Origin: a bacterium | GTDB lineage: Bacteria > 4484-113 > JAFGCY01 | NCBI GenBank assembly: GCA_020440605.1 | Contig: JAGRNT010000007.1 | Location: 55,083-119,082 of the forward strand | Direction: 5' to 3' | Length of the DNA: 64,000 nt | Shown: piece after piece, positions 18,791 through 30,823 of the stretch | How positions within the stretch are numbered: position 1 is the first letter of the stretch | Layout: the number at the start of each line of letters is the position of its first letter | Translations under genes and position numbers: made by a program | Notes under the pieces: model-generated | The model's database searches: none | What the model saw: only the letters and a program-made list of their open reading frames with translations | Told to the model about the DNA's origin: nothing

Positions 18791-21523
18791 ATGAAGCCCG
18801 CCGGGGCCGTTGCCATACTGATCCTGCTGCTGAGCGCCGCCTGCGCAGGCGGTCCTGTCGCTTCGCTTCCCGAAGGGAACGCAGCAGCTGGAGATCGGGA
18901 TGCAATGGACAGCAGTCTCTTCGAAGGCTGGGAGGAATGGCAGCAGATCCTCGCTGATCCCGGTATTCCCGGAACTGACTATGACCCGCAGGCCCTGACC
19001 GTCAACTACCGTGCAGATGCGGATTTTCAGCTGACTGGCAACTTCCTGCCTCCTCCGGGACAACGGGCCGCGGACCGGCCGAACGCCATGTTGCGCCAGG
19101 ACAGCCGTTTCGAAGCTCTCACGGACCATATCAGCGGCCACTTCGGCATAGCGATAGTGCAGCAGGTCTATGCCCATGGCGTGCTGCTGGCCAGTTTCAG
19201 GCTGCCAGCAGGTACGGACGGGGATGCTCTGATCACTGCGATCCGCAATGAGTATTCCGACCAGGTGCTGGATGTCACCTACAGCCGCCTGATCGGCGCG
19301 GACTCCAGTCCTGACGACACGCTGTTCATCTTCAGCGATGACAATGACGGAGCGCAATGGGACCTGTACCGCTGCGGCTTCCCGCAGGCCTGGGAGCAGG
19401 CGCAGGCGGACAAGCAGCTGCTCGTCGGTGTGGTGGACAGCGGCTGCTGGCTGGGGCACGAGGACACAGCCGCTGCGATTGCCAATCCCTTCGAGCTGTT
19501 CCCCCAGGCCAGCTGCGATCTGCTGGACGGGGATCGCGACATCACTGACACCGATGGCCATGGCACCGCTGTCTGCGCACTGATCGGCGCCCGCACCGGC
19601 AATGGCCGAGGCCTGGCTGCCGCCCTGCCCGGCGCAACCGTACTGCCCATCAGGGTCGGCACGGAGAATCTGGCAACGCATGCCACGGTGGTGGCGGGCT
19701 GCATGCTGGCTGGAGAGCTGGGCTGCCGGATCGTCAATCTCAGCTGGTCCTCCGCCACTCCCAGCCGCCAGCTCAGTCAGATGGCGGACTCCCTGGATGC
19801 TCGCGGCGTGCAGCTCGTGGCTTCAGCCGGAAACACCGGAAATGCCGATCCTCGTTGGCCGGCGGCCTGTGAAGCCGTAGTGGGAGTGGCCGCAAGTGAC
19901 AGGTCCGACGGCCTGGCCGGCTTCAGCAGCTCAGGGGACTGGTGTGATCTGAGCGCTCCCGGCAGCCTGATCGGAGTGCCCGATCTGCTGCGGGACAACA
20001 GCTACAGGCTTGATGCCTCGGGCAGCAGTCTGTCGGCATCGCTGGTCAGTGCAGGACTGGGACTGCTGGCTTCCCGGCTCCCGGAATACGACAATGCGGA
20101 ACTGCGCCAGCTGCTCATCCAGAGTGCCAGCCCGCTCAGCGGCGGTGGACCGCCAAGGCTGGATCTGGCAGCTGCCCTGACTTTGCTCGACACCCCGCAG
20201 ATCAGCCTGGACAGACCGGACAGCCTGGAGCAGCAGGACTTCCTCACGCTGGCTCCGGCGCTGTCCGGTTCGGTTAGCTCCATGGAACTCTGGATTGACG
20301 ACGGCTACGTGATGAGCCGCAGTCAGGCTCCGTGGGAGATCATCGCCGATCTGCGCTCCCTGGCTGCCGGCTCTCATACGCTGGAACTGCGGATTCCGCT
20401 GCATGACGGCGCAGGTTTCGTTGCCGATGGATTCAGCTTCCTGCGTCGGGCAGACAGTGTTGCCATGCCCTGGTCAACTGGCTTCGAGCCGGGAGCGGAA
20501 CTGAAGATGCATGCGCTGGACCTGAGCGATTATCCGCAGGCTCTGCTGGCTGCCCTGGCAGGGGCTGCAGGCCTGGATGCGGGCTCAGATCAGGCAGCAG
20601 GTGCGGAGTTGCTTGACTGGAAAATCGTCAGCGGCGATGCGTGGCAGGGAACGTCGATGCTTAGATCAGACTGGGAGCAGCGCGACAGTGGTCCGGGCCG
20701 ATTCTGTGCATTGCTGACACCACCGGTCCGGCTGAGCGGCCATGCGCTGCCGACACTGAGCCTGGCCCTGCGCTGGCAACTGGACCAGTCCAGGACCGTG
20801 CTGCTGCTGAGCGCGGATGGAGGCCGGAGCTGGCAAGTGCCTGAGGAAGTTCATGGCCAGCCGCTGAGCCTGAGCGGCGACAGCCAGGGCTGGCGGCAGC
20901 TGGGAATTGACCTGGCGGGACTGGTAGACCGCGAGGTGCAGCTGCTGCTCCTGACACAGCTTGACAGCGGTGTGCAGTCCGCCGGACAGTTCGTCGAACT
21001 CGATGCCCTGGGCTTCGGAACCCTGTTCCAGCCCAGCCAGCCCACGATCGGCGGCCTGCTGCTTGAGGAACGGATTGTCGGAGCGGTGCCTGGTCATGCG
21101 GATCTGAAACTCAGGCTGGACGGGACGGTGAATGTTGCCAGGGCCAGCTACTGGCTTGACTGTGAACCCTTCGACAGCCTGGGGCCGGAGGACGTCGTCA
21201 CCGAGGCGATCCTCGGAGCCGGGCTGCCGGCGGTCCTCGAACTCCCACCGGCGCAGTCCGGCAACAGGCGCGCTTTCCTGCATGCGGACTACGAGGATGC
21301 GGCCGGCCATAGCGGTCCGAGGTTCAGCCTGCCTGTCTGGATCTTTGACCGGCGCGGGGATGCCAACGCAGACGGCATTGTCAGTCTCGCGGATCTTGAG
21401 GCATTCAGCGGGCATTACGGAGCACGCCAGGGTGATGCTCTGTACGAACCATTCCTGGACAGTGATCTGGACGGGATGATCACGGAGCTGGACAGTGCTG
21501 CCGTGGCCTACGCCCTGGACTGA
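18791..21523 (+). CDS. S8-family serine peptidase (subtilase), paralog, with C-terminal dockerin-like module
   Basis: 910 aa; lipobox LSAAC; D (VDSG), H (DGHGT), S (GSSLSAS); homologous pro-domain; C-terminus DANADGIVSLADLEAF...DSDLDGMITELDSAAV. Confidence 0.8.
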   Translation: MKPAGAVAILILLLSAACAGGPVASLPEGNAAAGDRDAMDSSLFEGWEEWQQILADPGIPGTDYDPQALTVNYRADADFQLTGNFLPPPGQRAADRPNAMLRQDSRFEALTDHISGHFGIAIVQQVYAHGVLLASFRLPAGTDGDALITAIRNEYSDQVLDVTYSRLIGADSSPDDTLFIFSDDNDGAQWDLYRCGFPQAWEQAQADKQLLVGVVDSGCWLGHEDTAAAIANPFELFPQASCDLLDGDRDITDTDGHGTAVCALIGARTGNGRGLAAALPGATVLPIRVGTENLATHATVVAGCMLAGELGCRIVNLSWSSATPSRQLSQMADSLDARGVQLVASAGNTGNADPRWPAACEAVVGVAASDRSDGLAGFSSSGDWCDLSAPGSLIGVPDLLRDNSYRLDASGSSLSASLVSAGLGLLASRLPEYDNAELRQLLIQSASPLSGGGPPRLDLAAALTLLDTPQISLDRPDSLEQQDFLTLAPALSGSVSSMELWIDDGYVMSRSQAPWEIIADLRSLAAGSHTLELRIPLHDGAGFVADGFSFLRRADSVAMPWSTGFEPGAELKMHALDLSDYPQALLAALAGAAGLDAGSDQAAGAELLDWKIVSGDAWQGTSMLRSDWEQRDSGPGRFCALLTPPVRLSGHALPTLSLALRWQLDQSRTVLLLSADGGRSWQVPEEVHGQPLSLSGDSQGWRQLGIDLAGLVDREVQLLLLTQLDSGVQSAGQFVELDALGFGTLFQPSQPTIGGLLLEERIVGAVPGHADLKLRLDGTVNVARASYWLDCEPFDSLGPEDVVTEAILGAGLPAVLELPPAQSGNRRAFLHADYEDAAGHSGPRFSLPVWIFDRRGDANADGIVSLADLEAFSGHYGARQGDALYEPFLDSDLDGMITELDSAAVAYALD

Positions 21524-21529
21524 GACGGG

Positions 21530-21841
21530 TTATTCCGCTGGCTGGCCGAGAAAGGCAACATGATAAGGATGCAGCTCCGCTGACATCACTCCGGCCAGCA
21601 CCGGTGGGTCACTCTCCATCAGCCTGCGCGCGGCGTCCTCATCCTCGGCGCGCAGCACCACCAGGCCCATGGTGCGCATGTCGTCATACTGGGTGCGACC
21701 GGCCAGCACAAGGCGGCCCTGTTCAAGCAGCTGCTGCAGATGTGCGCCATGGGCACTGAGCACCTGCATTTCCTCAGGGCTTGGACCCTCGCTCAGCATC
21801 GCCTCCCGCAGGGGGCGCAGGATATAGAGCCATTCCTTCAT
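21530..21841 (-). CDS. YciI-family protein
   Basis: 103 aa; HGAHLQQL, DPPVLAGV, PYHV pattern of YciI-like dimeric alpha/beta barrel. Confidence 0.6.
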   Translation of the reverse strand: MKEWLYILRPLREAMLSEGPSPEEMQVLSAHGAHLQQLLEQGRLVLAGRTQYDDMRTMGLVVLRAEDEDAARRLMESDPPVLAGVMSAELHPYHVAFLGQPAE

Positions 21842-21880
21842 AAGGCAATCATGATAGCGGAAGAAGCTTGAGGGAGAGGC

Positions 21881-24800
21881 TCAGGAGTTGGCAGGCCTGC
21901 GCTCATCGATGCTTTCGCGGATCAGTTCGGCCAGGCGGCTGGGAATCACGGGCTTGTTGACGAAGCGGGAGATACCGAGTTCGGCCGCACCCTTCTCATC
22001 GATCAGTTCGCTGTAGCCCGTGCACAGCAGAACCGGCAGTTCCGGACGCTCCTCGAGGATCCTGCGGCAGAGTTCGTCGCCGGTCATGTGCGGCATTGTC
22101 TGGTCAGTCACGACCACGTCAACCTCCGAGCCGCTCTCCTGCCAGTAGGTCCATGCATCGCGGCTGTCGGTGAAGACCACCGCCTCATAGCCGAGCCGTG
22201 TCAGGCCCGTCTTCAGCATCTGCGCGATGCCGGGTTCATCGTCAACGACCATCACGCGCTCACTGCCGCGCGCCGGCTGGCTGCGGGCCTGGCGCTGGAC
22301 GCGGGGCCGTTCGTGTTCCGGCATGGCCGGGATCAGGATCACCACGGCAGTACCGCGCTCCGGTTCACTCTCAATGCTGATCCAGCCGCCCATCGAGCGC
22401 ACGATGCCGTGCACCGTTGCCAGTCCGAGCCCTGTGCCCTCGCCCACGCGCTTGGTCGTGAAGTAGGGGTCGAACACACGTGAGGCGGTCTGTTCGTCCA
22501 TGCCATGGCCGCTGTCGGCAACACGCAAGTGCACCATCGGGCTGCCGGTTGCCAGACCGAGTTCGGATGCGATCGTCGGAGAGCAGACGGTGTTGCTGCA
22601 GGAGATATGCAGCTCTCCGCCATGTTCCCGCATTGCATGGAAGGCGTTGGTGCTGAGGTTCATCAGCACCTGCTGCATCTGGGTCTCATTGCCCAGAATC
22701 GTGTCGGTCTCGCTGATCTTCGTGACGATGCTGATCGTGGAGGGCAGACTGCCGCGCAGCAGTCCGACGGATTCATGCACGATCGCGGAGAGGTTGACAG
22801 GTTCGCGGGTCTGCTCGGACTGGCGGCTGAATGTCAGCATCTGGCGGACGAGATCCGCGGCCCGGCTTCCGGCTGCACGGATCTCCGTCAGGCAGGCCGC
22901 GGCCTCGCTGGCGGGATCCAGCTGATCTCCGGCGATGTCAGCGAATCCGAGCATGGCCTGCAGGATGTTGTTGAAGTCATGCGCGATGCCGCCTGCCAGT
23001 ACGCCGACGGCCTCCATCTTCTGGGCCTGCTGGAGCTGCAGGGCCAGCTGCTGGGTTTCCGTGATGTCCTGGAAGGTGCCGAGTGCACCGGAGTAGCGGC
23101 CGTGGTCGTCAAACTGCGGCGTGGCCGTCATGCGGATCCGCCGGCGGTTGCCGTCCGGACGCATGATGTCCATGTCGTAGGTGCTTGTCAGCCCCGCACG
23201 GCGATTGGCCTGCTGGCGTTCCAGCTCCTCCTCGCTCAGCCGGTCCGCTACGAACTCATTTATCGTGTGTCCGTACATCTCGGTGGTGCTGCGTCCGAAG
23301 ATCACGCTGCCGTTCGGATTGAGGAAGCTGATGTGGTTGTCATCCCCGACGAGGATCATGCCCTCTGCCATCGTGTGGATCAGCTCACGGTTGCGCTTCT
23401 CGCTGTCAGCGAGGGAGTTCTCCATCACCTTGCGGTCCGTGATGTCCGTCAGCATGCCGACGAAACCGCTGAGGCGACCCAGGCCGTCGCGCACCGGGTT
23501 GATCTGGGTGATAACCCAGGAGATGCGCTCGCCCCTCACCAGCCGCACCTCGCCTTCCAGGCTGCTGCCCTGTTCCACCATTCTCCGGCTTTCCGTTTCA
23601 ACGCGCTCCCGATCCCCCGGATGCACTGCTGCGAGGAATCCACCCTCTCGGCAGCTGGCGACGTCCAGTCCGAACAGCTCCTCCGCCCGCGGGTTCATGT
23701 AGATCACATTGCCATCCGCTGCCAGGTGGAAGATGCCGACAGGAGACATCTGCATCATCGAACTGAGCTGGCGTTCGCTGTCAGCAAGTGCAAGTGTGGC
23801 ATGGCGCTGCGCCGTGACGTCGCGCGTGGTGCCCCAGACCATTACAAGGCTGCCATCGGAGACGGTTCCCTGAGCGCTGTTCAGGAAGTAGTTCACCTCC
23901 GGTCCATGTTCCTTCAGCAGGTTCTCATCGTCAATGATCCGGTAACCGTTCCGGGCAAAGCGTTCCATCATTTCGAGGATTCCCTGATTGACTGGAATGA
24001 AATCCTCGAGCCGCAGACCGATCATTTCCGAGGCGTACTCATAGCCGTAAATGCGCGCGAACACATCGTTGCATTCGGCGATGGTCAGCTGCGCGAACAT
24101 CATGCGTGCCTGTTCCGCCGCGGGAACATCAGTCGGGATCGGCGGAATGCAGTCGTAGCGCCAGATGGCCTCTGAGCTGTTGGCAACGAATTCGCGGTAA
24201 CGCAGCTCACTCTCCTCGAGGCGGCGGCGGGCCAGCATCAGATCCGTCATCTCGGAGGTCGCACCCCAGACCCGCAGCAGGGACTCATTGCGCAGGGTAC
24301 CGGTCACGTTGCTCACGGAATAGCGTTCCCGGCCGTCCGGAAGGACAACATGGTTGATCGCATCGCTGAGCACGTAGTTGCTGGCGACGAAGCGGTGGAT
24401 CAGCTCCACCGTACTGCGCATGTCCATACCGGAACTGGCATCCATCACGGAGCGGCCGATCAGCTCGGCCGCGCTGCCAAAGCCCCAGGATCGGGCGAAC
24501 ATGTCATTGCAGTCCTCGATGAATCCGTCCCTGAGGATGCGCTGGACCTGTTCCTCGACGCTCAGGTCAGTGGGCACCGGGCTTTCGAAGGCGATGCACC
24601 AGAGGATCTGCGTACTGTTGACAACGAACTCGCGATAGCGCTGCTCACTGACGCGGAGCTGCTCCTCGGCATGCTTGCGCTCAGTGATCTCCAGCTCCGT
24701 ACCCAGTGCGCGCAGGGCCCGGCCCTGTTCATCCCGCGAAATCACCTTGCCCCGAGAGAGCGTCCAGATCCAGTAACCACGCCTGTGGCGCAGGCGCTGC

Positions 24801-27800
24801 TCGACCTCGAAGACATCGTCGTCACCGTGGATCACCCTGCGGATCTCAGCCAGCACCCGCCTGCGGTCGGCGGGGTGCACGCTGCGGATCCAGGTGTCGA
24901 AGTTCCAGGTGAGGTTGTCACGCTCGAATCCGAGCATCGCGGCAAAGCGGTCGTTGCAGATCACCCGGCCGGATGCGATGTCCAGATCCCAGGTACCCAG
25001 GCCTCCTGCGTTGATCGCCAGCTCATAGCGCTGTTCGCTTTCCCGCAGGCGTTCCTTGATCTCCATCTGGTCGGTGACATCCCTGCAGGTGGCCCAGAGC
25101 GCCTGGAGGTTGCCATCCAGGATCTCGCTGTCTATGTTGTACAGGTACCAGCGGCGGCTGCCGTCCGCATATTCGATGGTCAGCAGTTCATTCTCAAGCA
25201 GGAATCCGCGCTGGATGAATATGTCAATCATGTTCCCGGCGGAGGTGATCGGGCTGCGGGCGAAGATCTCAGGCATCTTCAGGCCGATTACCTGCTCGGC
25301 ACGCTCCATGCCATAGAGGCGAGCCATCAGGTCGTTGCAGTCCATCATCCGGGCGTCGAAATGCAGCCTGCGCCGCAGCTCATCCTCCGGGACATCCAGG
25401 GGCAGCGGAGGTTCGAAGCGCACGCTGCCGATTGCTTCGGTGCTGCGGGATACGAGGTTGCGCAGACGTCCCTCGCTCGTGACCAGCAATACGTCAGCAT
25501 GCTTGCGGGCACTCACGTCCATCAGCATCCCGATCGCCCGCAGCGGCAGTCCGTCGGCATCCCGCATGATCACCTTGCCGCGGTTGTGAATCCAGATGAT
25601 GCTGCCATCCGGGCGTTCCAGCCGGTGCTCAGCCTCAAAGAACTCCGACTCTCCATCAAGGTGCCTCTGCAGCACTGTCCTGAGCTCTGCCGAATCCTCC
25701 GGGAGCAGCAGTTCAGTCCAGAGCTCCTGGCCACCACTCAGGTCCTGATCCAGGCCCAGGATCTCGCAGCCGCGATCGCTGTAGCGTGCCTTGTCCCGCC
25801 TGATGTCCCAGTCCCAGGTTCCGAGCTGGGCTCCGTCCACTGCCAGTTTGAAGCGCTCCTCATTCTGGCGCAGCTGTTCCTGGAGATTGAGACTGTCCGT
25901 CAGGTCGCGGCTGGTGCCCCAGATCCGCACGAGTTCACCGTTGACAATCTCACCCTCGGCGTTGTAGAGATAGATCCGGCTGCTGCCGTCCTCGTAATCC
26001 AGTTTCAGCAGTTCATCCCGCAGCAGGAATCCCTCTGATACAAGGCGGCGTACGCGTTCCGGGTTTCGCTGCAGACGGCTGATGGCACGGATCTCACTGA
26101 CGGGGCGGCCGCGGATCTGATCAGCGCTGTCAACGCCGTAGAGAGTGGCCATCTGTTCATTGCATTCGGCGAGGATGCCGTTTTCGGCAAAACACTCAAC
26201 CAGCTGATCGATATCGAGGTCGACGGGAACCGGCGGGTCGTATTCGATGCACCAGATTCCCTCAAGGGTCTTGTCAACGAGCAGCCGGAAGCGCTGCTCG
26301 CTGTTCTGCAGCTCCTCCTGGATATGCATCAGCTCGGTGATCTCACGGCTGGTGCCGCGGGCCTCCACCAGCATGCCGTTCTCCACGACACCCTGTGCGT
26401 TGTCAAGATAGATCCGGCGGCTGCCGTCGGGATAACGCAGCTCCACCTGTTCTTCCTGGAAGGAATGACCATTGCCGATGAAGCGGATGGCACGGTTCAG
26501 TGCCATGGACAGCCCGCATTCCTGCATCAGTTCGCTTATCCGGCGGCCTCGTACCTGGCTGGCCTCGCGCAGGCCGTACATCCGGGCCATCAGATCGTTG
26601 CAGTCCGAGAGATAGCCGTTCGACCGGATCAGCCGGGCCTGTTCCTCGGCCGGTAAATCAACGGGAACGGGAGGGTCGTAGCGGATGCGCCAGATGGCTT
26701 CGGAGCTGAGCGCGGCCATGTCCCGGTAGCGTTCCTCGCTGCGTTCCAGTTTCCGGCGGGCCTCGATCCTGTCCGTGACATTGCGGCTGTTGCCCCAGAG
26801 GCTGATGAGCATACCCTCGCGGATGATGCAGGTGATGTTCTCCTCCAGGAATCGGTCCCGGCCATCAACCTCCCTTGCCACGCGGATCCGGTCCCGCAGC
26901 ACGTAGTCGTTGTCAAGCAGCAGGCCGGCCAGTTCCTCCAGCAGTCCGGAATCCGGCAGGATGTCCGCAAATGGCCTGCCCGTGATTTCCACAGGTTCGC
27001 GGAAACCGAGACGTTGCGCGAAATGCAGGTTGCATTCGGCCAGCACCGCTCCTGTGAGCATCAGTCGCAGCTGCTCCTCCCGCGGCAGAGAGGTATCCAC
27101 CGGCTCTGCCAGGTCCACTCGCCAGATCGCTTCGCTGCTGCGGGCGATGTAGTCGCTGAAGCGCTGCTCGCTGATCTCCATCCGCAGCTGCGTCTCGATT
27201 CGTTCAGTGACGTCTGTGATCAGGGACTGGATTGCCTGTTCGCCGCCGAAGCTGACGGGACGTGAATGAATCTCTCCCGTGAAACTGCTGCCGTCACGAC
27301 GCTGGAAGCCGATCACCTGCGCCTGCAGTCCCTCCTGGCTCTGAAGCATGCGCAGATAGCGATCATGCGCGATGTTGTGATACTCGGTGCGGAACAGATC
27401 GAGCACCGGCAGTCCGATCATTTCCTCCGGACTTTCGTAGCCGAACAGCTGCGCCATGCGCGCGTTGGCAAAGCGAACCCGTCCCTCGGCCTGGATGGAG
27501 ATTGCCAGAGGGCTGTTCTCCGTCAGGCCGCGATAACGTTCCTCGCTCTCGGCCAGCCGTTGCTGCTGTTCATGCCGGCCGGAAACATCAATGATCATGC
27601 TCTGCACGGCCGGGCGGCCATCAATCTCGATGGAAGTCGGATAGATCTCGCCTTTGAAGGTGCTGCCGTCTGCCCGGATGAAGTCGTAAATCTGTGCATC
27701 AAGGCTGCAGATACTTCCCTCGAGGATACTGTTGCGCCTCCGGGCGGTCTCGCGCTGCTCCGGGACAATGAAATCGACTGCAGACATACCCAGCATCTCA

Positions 27801-28165
27801 TCGGTGCTGGAGAAGCCGAAGAGCTGCAGCATTACTTCGTTGACGTAGACAAAGCGGCCATTCTCATGGATGGAAAATCCGAGAGGGCAGTTTTCGGTCA
27901 GCTGGCGATAGCGCAGCTCGATTTCCCGGGCGCGCTGCTGCAGATTGTTCTGGCCGGACTGGATATCCTGTTTGGCAATCCCGGGTTGCTGGCTGGCGGG
28001 GTATTGCGGATCTGGTGCGAAAAGCAGCGTAATGAATCCGAGCAGGGGCCAGGCTGCGAAATCACTCCGTAGACAGTCCAGCATCAAGCATCTCGAGGGA
28101 TCTGAAAAGTCCGCCACGAGATAATGCGCGATACTGAGAACCCATGAAAGGTCCGGATGCCCCAT
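21881..28165 (-). CDS. hybrid sensor histidine kinase with ~12 tandem PAS/PAC domains, HisKA, HATPase_c and C-terminal receiver
   Basis: 2094 aa; repeated PAS cores; H-box [11 protein letters not shown]; receiver [13 protein letters not shown]...[13 protein letters not shown]; possible N-terminal TM. Confidence 0.85.
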   Translation of the reverse strand: MGHPDLSWVLSIAHYLVADFSDPSRCLMLDCLRSDFAAWPLLGFITLLFAPDPQYPASQQPGIAKQDIQSGQNNLQQRAREIELRYRQLTENCPLGFSIHENGRFVYVNEVMLQLFGFSSTDEMLGMSAVDFIVPEQRETARRRNSILEGSICSLDAQIYDFIRADGSTFKGEIYPTSIEIDGRPAVQSMIIDVSGRHEQQQRLAESEERYRGLTENSPLAISIQAEGRVRFANARMAQLFGYESPEEMIGLPVLDLFRTEYHNIAHDRYLRMLQSQEGLQAQVIGFQRRDGSSFTGEIHSRPVSFGGEQAIQSLITDVTERIETQLRMEISEQRFSDYIARSSEAIWRVDLAEPVDTSLPREEQLRLMLTGAVLAECNLHFAQRLGFREPVEITGRPFADILPDSGLLEELAGLLLDNDYVLRDRIRVAREVDGRDRFLEENITCIIREGMLISLWGNSRNVTDRIEARRKLERSEERYRDMAALSSEAIWRIRYDPPVPVDLPAEEQARLIRSNGYLSDCNDLMARMYGLREASQVRGRRISELMQECGLSMALNRAIRFIGNGHSFQEEQVELRYPDGSRRIYLDNAQGVVENGMLVEARGTSREITELMHIQEELQNSEQRFRLLVDKTLEGIWCIEYDPPVPVDLDIDQLVECFAENGILAECNEQMATLYGVDSADQIRGRPVSEIRAISRLQRNPERVRRLVSEGFLLRDELLKLDYEDGSSRIYLYNAEGEIVNGELVRIWGTSRDLTDSLNLQEQLRQNEERFKLAVDGAQLGTWDWDIRRDKARYSDRGCEILGLDQDLSGGQELWTELLLPEDSAELRTVLQRHLDGESEFFEAEHRLERPDGSIIWIHNRGKVIMRDADGLPLRAIGMLMDVSARKHADVLLVTSEGRLRNLVSRSTEAIGSVRFEPPLPLDVPEDELRRRLHFDARMMDCNDLMARLYGMERAEQVIGLKMPEIFARSPITSAGNMIDIFIQRGFLLENELLTIEYADGSRRWYLYNIDSEILDGNLQALWATCRDVTDQMEIKERLRESEQRYELAINAGGLGTWDLDIASGRVICNDRFAAMLGFERDNLTWNFDTWIRSVHPADRRRVLAEIRRVIHGDDDVFEVEQRLRHRRGYWIWTLSRGKVISRDEQGRALRALGTELEITERKHAEEQLRVSEQRYREFVVNSTQILWCIAFESPVPTDLSVEEQVQRILRDGFIEDCNDMFARSWGFGSAAELIGRSVMDASSGMDMRSTVELIHRFVASNYVLSDAINHVVLPDGRERYSVSNVTGTLRNESLLRVWGATSEMTDLMLARRRLEESELRYREFVANSSEAIWRYDCIPPIPTDVPAAEQARMMFAQLTIAECNDVFARIYGYEYASEMIGLRLEDFIPVNQGILEMMERFARNGYRIIDDENLLKEHGPEVNYFLNSAQGTVSDGSLVMVWGTTRDVTAQRHATLALADSERQLSSMMQMSPVGIFHLAADGNVIYMNPRAEELFGLDVASCREGGFLAAVHPGDRERVETESRRMVEQGSSLEGEVRLVRGERISWVITQINPVRDGLGRLSGFVGMLTDITDRKVMENSLADSEKRNRELIHTMAEGMILVGDDNHISFLNPNGSVIFGRSTTEMYGHTINEFVADRLSEEELERQQANRRAGLTSTYDMDIMRPDGNRRRIRMTATPQFDDHGRYSGALGTFQDITETQQLALQLQQAQKMEAVGVLAGGIAHDFNNILQAMLGFADIAGDQLDPASEAAACLTEIRAAGSRAADLVRQMLTFSRQSEQTREPVNLSAIVHESVGLLRGSLPSTISIVTKISETDTILGNETQMQQVLMNLSTNAFHAMREHGGELHISCSNTVCSPTIASELGLATGSPMVHLRVADSGHGMDEQTASRVFDPYFTTKRVGEGTGLGLATVHGIVRSMGGWISIESEPERGTAVVILIPAMPEHERPRVQRQARSQPARGSERVMVVDDEPGIAQMLKTGLTRLGYEAVVFTDSRDAWTYWQESGSEVDVVVTDQTMPHMTGDELCRRILEERPELPVLLCTGYSELIDEKGAAELGISRFVNKPVIPSRLAELIRESIDERRPANS

Positions 28166-28189
28166 CTAGCCAAGCCACCAAAATAGAAA

Positions 28190-28209
28190 TTGCGAAACGG
28201 ATTTCGCAA
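28190..28209. promoter_or_regulatory. perfect palindrome TTGCGAAA-CGGA-TTTCGCAA in AT-rich region upstream of the giant kinase gene
   Basis: seen directly; candidate operator. Confidence 0.3.
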
Positions 28210-28242
28210 ATATATTATGTCAGTTTGCAAAATTCAATACTA

Positions 28243-28257
28243 TTGAATCTGGTCAAA
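28243..28257. promoter_or_regulatory. palindrome TTCAATA-C-TATTGAA in same AT-rich region
   Basis: seen directly. Confidence 0.25.
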
Positions 28258-28574
28258 TATGAATAAAAAACACTGCAGAATGCCGCGGCAGCCACATCCA
28301 CAAAGCCAGAAAGGAACTGGAGGCAAGTAACTTCTCTCAATTCGTTCCCTGAATGCAGATTGGAATTAATCTGGATTTGTTGTTTCATGAGGATCCAACC
28401 CAACCATCTCGCAGTCTGATAACGGGTATAAGGAAATTGAGGAGCAATTCGAGGGATTACCGGCAGGACACGCAACTTTTTCCTTCTGACAGGCTTCAAT
28501 TGGATTGATGGTGGGAGACAGGAAGGGCGCAAGCCATTCCCTGGGAAACGGTAAGTGAATCTTGGAGGTTTGGC

Positions 28575-28979
28575 ATGGATCTTTACCTGACCAGGCGACT
28601 GAATGCCGGCTTTGAGGAGACCCTTGAGAAACTGCGGCTGGCTCTGCTTTCCCACGGATTCAGACTGCAGTCCGAAGTAGCCGTCAACGCCGGACAGCGT
28701 GGCCCGCTGGAACTGCCTTACAGGATCCTCGCTGTAAGCAACCCGCAGCTGGAGTTTCCGGGCTCCCTCGGTCCACAGCAGGCCCCATGCCTGCCTATGC
28801 ACATCGTGGTCCAGCGAGACCGGGATGGCAGCGTGGAACTGAGCGCGATGGACCCCGTGAAGGTGATGCTGGCTGCTCTTGGTGATACCCACCGCGAAGA
28901 AGCCCTGCAGACCCGGATGCGCATGCAGAAGCTGCTGGATTCAATGGTTGCCAGCGCGGTTCCGGTTCAGGCTGCGTAG
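28575..28979 (+). CDS. DUF302-domain protein
   Basis: 134 aa; FEETLEKLRLALLSHGF...PYRILAVSNP...LPMHIVV pattern of DUF302. Confidence 0.7.
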   Translation: MDLYLTRRLNAGFEETLEKLRLALLSHGFRLQSEVAVNAGQRGPLELPYRILAVSNPQLEFPGSLGPQQAPCLPMHIVVQRDRDGSVELSAMDPVKVMLAALGDTHREEALQTRMRMQKLLDSMVASAVPVQAA

Positions 28980-29038
28980 CACAGCAGACAGTCAATGTAG
29001 CCGGAATCAGAGGCTGGTGTGGATCCGCCGTGCGGCAA

Positions 29039-29359
29039 TCAGTGCAGACGCCAGGGCCATTCACCCTGCTGCAGGATCACCATCGTCATGCCCAGCATGA
29101 TCATGAAGGTGCTGACGGCCTGCAGGGTCATCAGCACTGGCAGCAGGCGGCCTTCCAGCAGCAACAGGCAGACCAGGCAGAGATGCGGCAGCAGGATCAG
29201 CGACAGAGTGAGCGGATCTGAATAGTCGATGATGATCACGGGATTGCCGGCCAGGGTCGTGTAGTACTGCAGCGCAAACACTGCGAAAGTGCACAGCAGC
29301 GCAAATGCACTCACGAATGTCATCGCCTTGGTAAAGAACTCTCTGGTCTCAACATCCAT
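29039..29359 (-). CDS. small hypothetical membrane protein
   Basis: 106 aa, 3 predicted TM; downstream of ABC ATPase gene. Confidence 0.4.
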   Translation of the reverse strand: MDVETREFFTKAMTFVSAFALLCTFAVFALQYYTTLAGNPVIIIDYSDPLTLSLILLPHLCLVCLLLLEGRLLPVLMTLQAVSTFMIMLGMTMVILQQGEWPWRLH

Positions 29360-29516
29360 TTCAGTAAGTTACCCTGCCATTCTGCACGGGTCACCGGTAA
29401 CACTTTACCGGCATTGAACTGTTCGGAAAAAAGCCCTTCAAGGATAACGCCTTCCGCCAGATCTGACCAGTGCAGCACGAATGCTCGGTCAGATCAGATT
29501 TTAACAGAGAATTCCT

Positions 29517-30392
29517 TTAAGGAGAGTCCATTTCCGGATTCGCCTCCGTACTCTCCATTCCGCTGATGCTGCCCACCGTCCGGATGAATTCGGCTTCCAG
29601 TCCATCCCAGTTGGGTCGGGACTTGAGATCAGCCATGCTTGCTTCCAACCTGATCCGGCCCTGGTGGATGATGGCGAGGCTGGTGCAGAGCTTCTCCACC
29701 ACTTCCATGACATGGCTGGAGAACATGATCGTCACGCCCTGGGCTACGCGCTTCTGCAGCAGCTGCTTGATCTGATGCGAGCTGACGGTGTCTATGCCGT
29801 TGAAGGGTTCGTCGAGGAACAGCACGCGAGGCTCATGGATCAGGGCGCAGCCGAGCGCGACCTTCTTGCGCATCCCCTGGCTGAAGTCCACGATCAGCTT
29901 GCTGCCCGCAGCCTGCAGATCAAGCAGTCGGATCAGTTCGGCACTGCGCTCCCGTGCGATTTCGCGCTCCAGGCCGTACATCATTCCCGTGAATTCGAGA
30001 TGCTCCGGGGCACTCAGCCGCTCGTAGAGCATCGGATCCTCCAGCATCACACCGATGCGAGACTTTACACCGATGCTGTCCGTGCGCAGGTCATGTCCGG
30101 CAATGCGGATCGATTGATAGTCCCCGGCAAGCAGGCCACAGAGTACGCGGATGGTTGTCGATTTTCCGGCGCCGTTGGGGCCTAGGAAGCCGAAGAATTC
30201 ACCCTGAGGCACGGCAAAGGAGATGTTGTCCACCGCCAGGAACTTGTCGTAGCGCTTGGAGAGACCGTGTACTTCCACGGCGAGCAGACGCTGAACCGGC
30301 AGTTCCGGCTGCGCTGTCGGAGCGGGGGCGTGCGCCTGGCTGGCGATTCCGTCCACTTCCCCCGCGATATGCTCGTGATCCATCCTGTCCAT
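29517..30392 (-). CDS. ABC transporter ATP-binding protein
   Basis: Walker A GPNGAGKST, signature FSQGMRKKVAL, Walker B LFLDEP. Confidence 0.85.
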   Translation of the reverse strand: MDRMDHEHIAGEVDGIASQAHAPAPTAQPELPVQRLLAVEVHGLSKRYDKFLAVDNISFAVPQGEFFGFLGPNGAGKSTTIRVLCGLLAGDYQSIRIAGHDLRTDSIGVKSRIGVMLEDPMLYERLSAPEHLEFTGMMYGLEREIARERSAELIRLLDLQAAGSKLIVDFSQGMRKKVALGCALIHEPRVLFLDEPFNGIDTVSSHQIKQLLQKRVAQGVTIMFSSHVMEVVEKLCTSLAIIHQGRIRLEASMADLKSRPNWDGLEAEFIRTVGSISGMESTEANPEMDSP

Positions 30393-30409
30393 TATATTTT
30401 GCGCGGAGC

Positions 30410-30814
30410 TCAGCGGCCCATCAGCCGGCGAAACAGCACCATCAGGCCGACCAGCACGAACATCGCCGGGCCGAAGAGGATCAGCAGCAGGTCGGCGATG
30501 CGCTCCACGATCCAGGGTGTCGGTTCGTCATCCGGGTCCTCGGGGCCGAACAGCGAGCTGACCGTCTCATAGCCGATCAGCCAGCCCAGCCAATGCTGGT
30601 AAAGGCTTTCCGAGGCATCATCGTCACCGACTCCATAGCGTTCAGCCAGGCGCATGCCAAACACCATGGCGATGCCGCAGCCGAAGTACAGTGCCAGCAG
30701 GATGCTTGAAAGGCCAGGTGCCACGCACAGAGGATAACGGAAGTCCGGGAGCTGGCAGGCTCTGCGGCGGAGCCCCGCCTTGGCAGGGCTCCGGGAATCG
30801 GGGATGGCATACAA
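30410..30814 (-). CDS. hypothetical membrane protein
   Basis: 134 aa, 2-3 TM, acidic loop. Confidence 0.4.
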   Translation of the reverse strand: MYAIPDSRSPAKAGLRRRACQLPDFRYPLCVAPGLSSILLALYFGCGIAMVFGMRLAERYGVGDDDASESLYQHWLGWLIGYETVSSLFGPEDPDDEPTPWIVERIADLLLILFGPAMFVLVGLMVLFRRLMGR

Positions 30815-30823
30815 GGTGGCTGC

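Noticed and set aside
22505-26038. Two long plus-strand ORFs (556 and 562 aa)
   Set aside because: Lie entirely antisense to the multi-PAS histidine kinase; low-complexity A/G/R-rich translations.
28215-28892. 225-aa minus-strand ORF
   Set aside because: Overlaps the DUF302 gene and an AT-rich promoter region; no homology features.
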